Below are positions 57,150-64,000 of a DNA stretch of 64,000 bases, one piece after another. The first letter of the stretch is position 1. Every line of letters begins with the position of its first letter. The notes beneath the pieces were generated by a model. It saw only the letters and a program-made list of their open reading frames with translations. It searched no databases and had not been told where the DNA came from. Origin of the DNA: Phycisphaerales bacterium (GTDB lineage: Bacteria; Planctomycetota; Phycisphaerae; WQYP01). The DNA is taken from the NCBI GenBank assembly GCA_009781185.1, contig WQYP01000001.1, positions 20,102 through 84,101 of the forward strand. Reading direction: 5' to 3'. Position numbers and translations under genes: made by a program.

Positions 57150-57959
57150 ATGGCGACGGTGGTGACCGAAAAATTTGAGAGCCGCCAGGCGACGATGGGT
57201 GACAATGAGTCCGTCGAGCTTGCGTACAACATCGCGGGCAGCGATGACGATGCCGAAGTTCGCGCGGCGCTCGTAGCTACTTCGCCGGTCTGGTTCTGTA
57301 ACCTGATTCGCCAGAGTGCGACGGTCGAGCCTGTCGGCGAAAAGCTCTGGGAAGGCCGGGTCAGGTACGGCATGTGGCAAAAGCAGCCGCCCGCCGGTGA
57401 ATCGGTTTTCTCCTTCGACACCGGCGGCGGTATGCAGCACATCACGCAGAGCCGCCAGACGGTGGGCCGTTATCCCAATAACGCCCCGGACTTCGGTGGC
57501 GCGATCGGTGTTACGCACGATGCCGTCGAGGGCGTGGACATCAGCATTCCGATCTACCAGTTCTCCGAGACGCATTACTTCCCGGCGGCGGTGGTGACGT
57601 GGCCTTACAGGGGGCAGCTTTTCTACCTAACCGGCAAGGTCAACAGCGCTTCGTTCCGAGGTTGTGCTGCGGGAGAGTGTTTGTTCCTGGGAGCCAGTGG
57701 ATCGCGGCGGACACAGGGACAGAGCATCTTTGACGGCGACTGGGAAATCAGTTTTAAGTTTGCCGCGAGTCCGAATGCTACAGGGTTGCGGGTCGGCACA
57801 ATCAGTGGGATCAACAAACGTGGCTGGGAGTATATGTGGGTGCGTTACCAGGACGCCGAGGATGAAAACGCCAACGAACTGATCAAGAAGCCCGTGGCGG
57901 TCTACATTGAGCGGGTTTACGACACGGCGAACTTCGCAGGTCTTGGAATTGGGAGCTGA
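57150..57959 (+). CDS. Tail tip/distal tail-region protein
   Basis: Follows the TMP; beta-rich; FSFDTGGG, LFLGASG, GWEYMWVRY. Confidence 0.6.
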   Translation: MATVVTEKFESRQATMGDNESVELAYNIAGSDDDAEVRAALVATSPVWFCNLIRQSATVEPVGEKLWEGRVRYGMWQKQPPAGESVFSFDTGGGMQHITQSRQTVGRYPNNAPDFGGAIGVTHDAVEGVDISIPIYQFSETHYFPAAVVTWPYRGQLFYLTGKVNSASFRGCAAGECLFLGASGSRRTQGQSIFDGDWEISFKFAASPNATGLRVGTISGINKRGWEYMWVRYQDAEDENANELIKKPVAVYIERVYDTANFAGLGIGS

Positions 57960-57960
57960 T

Positions 57961-58797
57961 ATGGCGATGGGAGACCCAATGAGAAAGGTCCGAACCGGCG
58001 ACAAGCTGCGTATCCCGGCGACGACCTTCAATGCCTTCATCGACACGACACGGGCGTTTCAAGCGTCCCAACGGAACATCAGTTCGACGCCGCAGTCGGC
58101 AACGCGCTCCAGCGGGATCATCCTGGTGCGCAACGACAGCGGCAAGGGGCTGTCGCGCTACAGTGTATTGGGGATCGAGGAGCCGATCATCACGCCCAAG
58201 GCTAAGCTCGACAGCTTCAAGAACAAGGTTGCGGTCGTGGGCAAGACGCCCGGCAAAGATCACGTCGGCAAGTTCGTCGTGCTGTTGGAGCCGCTCAAGA
58301 GCAAGGCAATCGGCATGGCGTATGGCGCGGGTATTTGCCCGGTGAAGATCGACGTGCCGGACGAAAAGACCGAGTATTTGTATGCTGACATTGCCGACGG
58401 CAAAACGGATAATTTGAAAGCCAAACGTTACGGCGCGGCGGCGATCCTCTGGCGTGAAGGTGGCACTGGCTCGCAGTGGGCGTTGGTGCGTTTGGGATTA
58501 CCGATGCCGACGTGCATTTTTCCTGTGAAGTTGAAGCAGGTTTATGGCGAACAGGGCGACGAAAAGAAACCCGCCACATGGACGTATGACGTGAGCGATC
58601 CGGCGACGGACGATGTACTGGCTGAAGGTGTAAACCCCACGTCCAGCCCGCATCAGTGGAAACGTCCCTCGGTGGGTTACATGATTAAAGCCACGGCTGG
58701 CTACGCCCATTACGACAAAGACGACAAACTGGTGCTCGGCTGGATCAACGAGCAGGTCGAGCAGGCGTCGTGCGAAGACACGGGGGGGACGTACTAA
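57961..58797 (+). CDS. Tail-region structural protein
   Basis: Coupled operon gene; beta-rich. Confidence 0.6.
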   Translation: MAMGDPMRKVRTGDKLRIPATTFNAFIDTTRAFQASQRNISSTPQSATRSSGIILVRNDSGKGLSRYSVLGIEEPIITPKAKLDSFKNKVAVVGKTPGKDHVGKFVVLLEPLKSKAIGMAYGAGICPVKIDVPDEKTEYLYADIADGKTDNLKAKRYGAAAILWREGGTGSQWALVRLGLPMPTCIFPVKLKQVYGEQGDEKKPATWTYDVSDPATDDVLAEGVNPTSSPHQWKRPSVGYMIKATAGYAHYDKDDKLVLGWINEQVEQASCEDTGGTY

Positions 58798-59252
58798 TGA
58801 GCATCCATCGTGGCAAAACAGTCGTGTTGGATGATGAGGATGGGAGGCGAACGGGGGTGAGGGGTAAGCGCGGGCTGTTGCCCGGCGGCAAGGGTGCCGT
58901 TTATGACGACGACGGTAACTGCGCTTTTTGTTGCGGCTGCGAACCAAAGGTGCTTGGATACTATACGACCAACTCCAGCAACCCTATATGGAACCTGAGG
59001 CCGTACCAGGGACCAGGTAAAGCGCCACCGCACTCGTATTGGCGGATTATCGAGATGGGTGCGTGTCTCTTGTATCAGCACGGATGCGTGGACAAACAAG
59101 GACGGTTGGTGGGCCTGCCGGACGAGTGGAGAACGAACTATTCCTACGACGGGCTCATGGAACTTCAAATCGGCTGCTACGACCCCAAGGACGGAATGAT
59201 TCATTGGCCGGGCCACTGTCAAACGCGAACGTGGAGGGATTATATATGTTGA
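58797..59252 (+). CDS. Cys-rich tail-region protein
   Basis: CAFCCGC; start overlaps upstream stop. Confidence 0.55.
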   Translation: MSIHRGKTVVLDDEDGRRTGVRGKRGLLPGGKGAVYDDDGNCAFCCGCEPKVLGYYTTNSSNPIWNLRPYQGPGKAPPHSYWRIIEMGACLLYQHGCVDKQGRLVGLPDEWRTNYSYDGLMELQIGCYDPKDGMIHWPGHCQTRTWRDYIC

Positions 59253-60346
59253 CACTGCACAATTCGGAAATGATGACACACATGCCGTTCTTGACGCTCG
59301 ATCAGGAAGGGCGCGAGGTGCTGCTGTTTTGTCAGGCCGGTACGGATCGTATCTGGAAAGCATACTTCCGCACACCAGACGGTGATGTCCGCCGTTTGCC
59401 GACGGCATTGCCCGCCGACATTTGCGAGTGTGCGCCGACGGCATGGCACGATGCGACGGGTTGGCATGTAACGCTGATCGCCGGGGGCAAAGCCGACGAT
59501 CCGCTGTTCCGCTTGTACCGTTTCGACGGCCCGGCGCTAGACCGCCTCAGTCCGCCGATGGCGATTCAAGCGGCGCGGTCGGGACATATATATAAGGACA
59601 GGATCGTCCACGGCGAACCGGAAAATCTCGTGCATGTCCGCCGACCTTTGGGAGGACTGGGAGGAATGGGCGGCGGGGGCGACAAGGTGATCGAATTGCC
59701 CGGCGCGTTTATTTATTGCGTGACGTATCGCGCCGACGAACCGGATAAATTGCTGGTCAGTGGTCAGTGGCAGCAGGAGGAGGGCGAAGGCGGAATTTTT
59801 ACTGTCGAATACGACTTGGCCACCGACGTTCAACGCCTCGTCACCTGCGACGACGGAAAACCCGCTTACAAATGCACGATCCTCGGCGAGACGGTTTTGT
59901 ATGCTGATCGCATCGGTGCGAAGTTTGAAGACCGGCGAATCGTCCACGCAAAGTCCACACGCGGGACCAAATCGCAAATCGCCATCGCCCGTCTGCCGGG
60001 GCAGGTGACGGCATCGTCCACGGTTGCGGTGAAAGGCTGCAACTGCAAGAAGCCAGCGTCAACGACAGAAATTCCGACCACGCGCCCGTCATGTTTGGAG
60101 TGTGTCGAAAAACACCTTGGTGCGGCCTACGTGCTGCTGTCTGAATCACAGGACGGCTACGCTTACCGCCTCCGCGCCGTCGGGCATCTGCACGAAGCCG
60201 AGGACGAATCGCAGCAATGGCCGGAATTGCATAAGGCGGTGCGTACCGCTCGCAAAGCGTACCAGACGCAAGGCACGATCCCCGATTGGCAGACACTGGA
60301 GAACCAGATGACGGAGGCGAGAAAGGGGGGAAGCAATGCTGAATAA
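59246..60346 (+). CDS. Tail-region protein (propeller-like N-terminus, Cys/His C-terminal domain)
   Basis: GCNC...CLECVEKHLGAA...GHL.EA. Confidence 0.55.
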   Translation: MLTLHNSEMMTHMPFLTLDQEGREVLLFCQAGTDRIWKAYFRTPDGDVRRLPTALPADICECAPTAWHDATGWHVTLIAGGKADDPLFRLYRFDGPALDRLSPPMAIQAARSGHIYKDRIVHGEPENLVHVRRPLGGLGGMGGGGDKVIELPGAFIYCVTYRADEPDKLLVSGQWQQEEGEGGIFTVEYDLATDVQRLVTCDDGKPAYKCTILGETVLYADRIGAKFEDRRIVHAKSTRGTKSQIAIARLPGQVTASSTVAVKGCNCKKPASTTEIPTTRPSCLECVEKHLGAAYVLLSESQDGYAYRLRAVGHLHEAEDESQQWPELHKAVRTARKAYQTQGTIPDWQTLENQMTEARKGGSNAE

Positions 60347-60902
60347 AAATTTCCGCATCACACCGTTGGACTTTCTGCGCTGCAACATCGGCTGGACATG
60401 CCCGTGGCCGACTGGTGCGTCGTGGCTGTTTATCAACGGCAAGCACACGCTGGGACCGGTGCTCATGGAGACCGCCGAGCGTGTGGTCCCGGTGCCGTGG
60501 TCCGCAAGCGCCGTCATGGCGCTGGAGATTCATGACTTTCCCGATATGAACGTGGTGCCAGAGGCCGTCGAGATTCCGCCGAACACCCAACCGACAATCC
60601 AGTGGCGATGCGTACCCGAAGCGGCACGGTATCGGCTTTACCATCGCTCGTTTTCCGAAGTGAACGAAACGCTGCTGTTGGAACTCCCCGCGCGGGCGGG
60701 GATGGATGATTACCAGATCACCTGCCCGATCCAACTGGCTGCGGGCTGGCATTTTTTCCATGTCGAAGCGATAGACGCTTACGGCAATGAGTCCGCCTGT
60801 CAGGCGTGGAATTATCGCGTGTGGGACTTGCCGCAAGCGACGCCAACGCTGGTCGTCGCTGCTGGAAGCATCCCCGGTATGTATACATTTACCCTTACTT
60901 GA
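60336..60902 (+). CDS. FN3-like tail-region protein
   Basis: IQW.......YRLY, GWHFFHVEAIDAYGNES. Confidence 0.6.
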   Translation: MLNKNFRITPLDFLRCNIGWTCPWPTGASWLFINGKHTLGPVLMETAERVVPVPWSASAVMALEIHDFPDMNVVPEAVEIPPNTQPTIQWRCVPEAARYRLYHRSFSEVNETLLLELPARAGMDDYQITCPIQLAAGWHFFHVEAIDAYGNESACQAWNYRVWDLPQATPTLVVAAGSIPGMYTFTLT

Positions 60903-60912
60903 GGTCCACATA

Positions 60913-62433
60913 GTGGCTACACCAACCGCCGATAAATTACGTGTCCATTACCCATCGAAGAACCTCACGAGCGACGGTGCGACATTGCCGCTCTGGACGA
61001 CGACTGCCGGAAGCGAACTAACCAAAATCGTCGCCACATCACTTTCGCAAGCGGATGATTACTGGGCCGGAGCAGTTGGTTTTTTCGAGGGCAACACCAC
61101 CACCGTTGCGCTTCAAGGGCAGTTTTTCCACGTCAAAAGTTTTAACAACGCCAACCGTACCCTTGTACTAACGCAAGATTTACCAGCGGTTCCGCAGGCC
61201 GGGGATACGTTCCGGCTGGTGCTGGGTGGTAACTATCGTTCAAGCACCGAAGTTGTGGGTATGCGCGTCGGCGGTGTGTTACCGGAATTTAAGCCGGTGG
61301 CTGGTGTGCAGGTGACGGGGGTGACGATCAAGAAAGTGTCGGCCTTCCTCGGCGCGGGTACGTTGACGGTCAATTACCGGCGTGCCCAGCAGTTGCTGTT
61401 TATCCGGATGGGAACGCAGGCATATGGCGTGGGGCTGGATGTTTCAACGAACATCACCAACGGCATCGTCTTCGCCGCCGATGGACAAGGCTTTATTCAA
61501 GTGGACGTGAACGCCGCGCAGTTAGCGACGGCGGATCGCACCGACACCTGGACACTGACCTTCCCCGAACGCACCCTCACACCTGACTACGAAGGTTACG
61601 AAACCAGCAGCAATAACGGCGGCAAAACGCGTTACCGGCTGGAGTGCGTCCGGAACACCGACACGGTAGACGCAATGGTGGACCTGGCGGTTTACACGGG
61701 GCGACCCACCGGCGCAGCAACGACCATCGCCTCCGGCCAGAGTTTGGCTTTGCTCGCGGCGGGGTTCGACGTCGCCGACGCCAGCACATGGCCAACCAGA
61801 AGTTTTTGGATTAAGAACCGAACCGTCAACAGCAACGCCGGTGATTGTCGTTACGTGATCTACCGTAGCGGCAACACGCTTTACTGCTTGCAGGTCGATT
61901 GGGCGACGCTGTCTTTCAACACGGGCACCAGCCAGATTCGTCAAGGCGACACGCTGACCGGCACCTCATCTGGCGCTACGGCCGTTGTCGATCAAGTTAT
62001 GCTCACCGAAGGGAGCTGGGGCTCCGGCAACGCCACCGGAACGCTTCTGCTCAAAAAAGTCACCGGCACGTTCATCGCCAGCGATTACCTCCGCGTCGGC
62101 AGTACCAACATGGCCCGCGCCGCGGCAAATTCCATTCTCGGTCTGCGCGGATACACCGCCGTCAACTGGTCGGCGGGAAACGTCATCGAGTTAATGAGCG
62201 ACGTGGACATCGGAGTCAACAAACCACTCTTGAACCAGTACGAAAACCCCGCCTCCGAAACCATCGCGCCCGCCAACGTAATTTTCAAAGACGCTTCAAA
62301 CGCCGCAACCGCTCTGGCGATGGACAATCTCGCCCCCACCAGATTGCACGGCGTATGGCGGCGGGAATGGATAATGGACGGCCATCAATCCCGCGCCGGC
62401 GTCGATGCCGATACCCGTTACTCGTGGAGTTAA
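60913..62433 (+). CDS. Tail fibre/receptor-binding-like protein
   Basis: GAGG RBS with GTG start; Thr/Gly/Ala-rich beta content (DDYWAGA, PQAGDTF, GDTLTGTSSGATA). Confidence 0.6.
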   Translation: MATPTADKLRVHYPSKNLTSDGATLPLWTTTAGSELTKIVATSLSQADDYWAGAVGFFEGNTTTVALQGQFFHVKSFNNANRTLVLTQDLPAVPQAGDTFRLVLGGNYRSSTEVVGMRVGGVLPEFKPVAGVQVTGVTIKKVSAFLGAGTLTVNYRRAQQLLFIRMGTQAYGVGLDVSTNITNGIVFAADGQGFIQVDVNAAQLATADRTDTWTLTFPERTLTPDYEGYETSSNNGGKTRYRLECVRNTDTVDAMVDLAVYTGRPTGAATTIASGQSLALLAAGFDVADASTWPTRSFWIKNRTVNSNAGDCRYVIYRSGNTLYCLQVDWATLSFNTGTSQIRQGDTLTGTSSGATAVVDQVMLTEGSWGSGNATGTLLLKKVTGTFIASDYLRVGSTNMARAAANSILGLRGYTAVNWSAGNVIELMSDVDIGVNKPLLNQYENPASETIAPANVIFKDASNAATALAMDNLAPTRLHGVWRREWIMDGHQSRAGVDADTRYSWS

Positions 62434-62436
62434 ATC

Positions 62437-63792
62437 GTGCCAGGAAATGAAACAGGAGCGAATCAGTCGAACGCCTTCTCGTGGGATGTGACACAGTACC
62501 CCGGCGGCACCCGCGTCTTCGGTGCGACGACGTACAATCAAACCGAGGACTGGTGGGCTGTCTACCTGAAAGCTGGTCAGACCTACACGTTCCAAACCCG
62601 TCTGCCGACGAATTATTACCATTATCTGTATCTGTACGACCCGAACGGATCGTATATCTCCGGCACATCCTACGGCGGCGACGACGGTGGCTACACCACC
62701 AAGATCACCTACACCCCACAGCGGGAAGGATGGTACTGTCTGGTCGTCTACGGTTATTACTATTACAACGAGTACGGGCCGTATGTGCTGGAATCCGTCC
62801 CGGCTCCCAAGAGCTTTCGCACGTTCGCCGTCGCGCCGGGGCGATACGACTGGCGCGGCTCCGGCGAGGCCGAACAGGTCAGCCAGTTCAATATTCTGCG
62901 GGAACGCACGGGCACACAATCGGGCTGCCGGTACACGATCAACGCCAAGGTGATCGGTACGAGCATGGCAAGGTTCGCTCCGCGCAGCGGTCGCCAAGCT
63001 CGAATCGCCGGTCGCTTCGGTACCAACAAGACCGCCACCGTCGCCGTGGTGCCGTCGCAATTCTCGTTCCGGCATCCTTGTGCCGAGCAGATAGCGGCGG
63101 GATTCGACAAACGAGCCATCACTTTCGGTCACGAGGTGGCGCAATTCGATTGGCGTCACCCCACGGGCCTTGACGTGGTCAGTCGCTTTGACATGCGTTG
63201 TATCACGCACGGCGTGGAACCGAGTCGCCATCACGCTTTCCTGCGCGAAGGCTGGTCGATCTACGCCCGCAACACCCAAACCAACCAGCGTACCTGTCTG
63301 GGGTTCATTCCCGCCGAAGCCCAGCCGCGACAACTCGAAAATGTGCCACTTGCCGATGGCGTTTACGAAATCGAGACCGTCGCATCCCATGTCTTTTGGG
63401 ATTCCGCACGGTCGCGGCAGCGAATCACACTGCTCATCGGCGAGGCGGCTCCGGTGCTCGGCCTGCCAGCAATTCAAAACCTCCGCCGAGAGATCACCCA
63501 CTTCGCCACCGTCATTTATTGGTCGGTTGCCGCCGATACCATCGCCAGCGGTCTGCAATTTGGTGTCTGGTTCAGCACCACGTCCCCCGTGGACACAGCT
63601 CGCGATCCAGATCAGCTCATTCCGCTCTCGCACGGTGTCGGCAATTACCAGATCACCCGCTTCCAAACCGCCTCGGAACACGTCGCCATCGCCGTCCTTG
63701 GTGCATCGGATCGCGGTCTAGTCGCCGAACTACCCCTCCCGTGGGAAACAACCTCACCAGCGAGTCCGCGAGAGCAGTTGGCGCTGCCATGA
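62437..63792 (+). CDS. Tail-associated protein with N-terminal PPC-like domain and C-terminal FN3-like region
   Basis: EDWWAVYLKAGQTYTF...YLYLYDPNG...ITYTP...GWY.LVV. Confidence 0.6.
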   Translation: MPGNETGANQSNAFSWDVTQYPGGTRVFGATTYNQTEDWWAVYLKAGQTYTFQTRLPTNYYHYLYLYDPNGSYISGTSYGGDDGGYTTKITYTPQREGWYCLVVYGYYYYNEYGPYVLESVPAPKSFRTFAVAPGRYDWRGSGEAEQVSQFNILRERTGTQSGCRYTINAKVIGTSMARFAPRSGRQARIAGRFGTNKTATVAVVPSQFSFRHPCAEQIAAGFDKRAITFGHEVAQFDWRHPTGLDVVSRFDMRCITHGVEPSRHHAFLREGWSIYARNTQTNQRTCLGFIPAEAQPRQLENVPLADGVYEIETVASHVFWDSARSRQRITLLIGEAAPVLGLPAIQNLRREITHFATVIYWSVAADTIASGLQFGVWFSTTSPVDTARDPDQLIPLSHGVGNYQITRFQTASEHVAIAVLGASDRGLVAELPLPWETTSPASPREQLALP

Positions 63793-64000
63793 CCGCCAAC
63801 CGTGCTATTGGAAACGATCTCCGTCGAAAACAACGATATCTCGAACTCGCCCGGATCGTTGTCTCGCCGTCTCCATCGCCACGCCCATGAATTCAGAGAA
63901 CTCCGCGTTGAACACTCCGGGGATACCGCAGGGAAAGCGCCCGTCAGTCCACACAAAATAAATGATTCCAGCCGCCCACCCCTCGACCTTGCCCTTCAGC

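Larger units (their letters stand above)
17177..64000. mobile_element. Siphovirus-like prophage integrated at tRNA-Pro (right end beyond window)
   Basis: Integrase at tRNA 3' end, then replication, terminase, portal, capsid, tail tube and tape-measure genes in phage order; no sheath gene recognised. Confidence 0.92.

Noticed and set aside
63789-64000. AAC-containing stretch as a DGR template repeat, or a new gene start
   Set aside because: It shows no alignment to the Tyr-rich region and is too short and truncated to call.

Overview
The window has two parts. Bases 1 to ~17.2 kb are bacterial chromosome, probably a planctomycete of the Phycisphaerae type (inferred from gene styles, not proven). 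They carry a DegT aminotransferase (partial), rfbC, pbp2-rodA, an ECF sigma factor, a HEAT-repeat protein, PAP2/ArnT/GT4 envelope genes, a retropepsin-like protease and rplM-rpsI. REP-like palindromes and 7-10-bp tandem repeats are frequent, several of them in frame inside genes. From tRNA-Pro(GGG) (17121-17195) to the window end lies a siphovirus-like prophage whose right end is not reached. Its modules are: a large serine integrase overlapping the tRNA; divergent sigma-like regulators; recombination and replication genes with an iteron-like origin; methyltransferases; an antisense amidoligase/glutamine-amidotransferase cassette; a GpA-type terminase, portal and capsid; and tail genes. The most striking object is a 2.24-kb IS110 element (37496-39738) that can be decoded from sequence. 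It has CT cores at both junctions, a TTGACT-N17-TATATT promoter that forms only on circularisation, and a bridge RNA whose four guides match target and donor. It also carries an extra winged-HTH gene and 17-bp inverted sites, has Thr at the usual catalytic Ser position, and is inserted in the predicted RBS of the first packaging gene.
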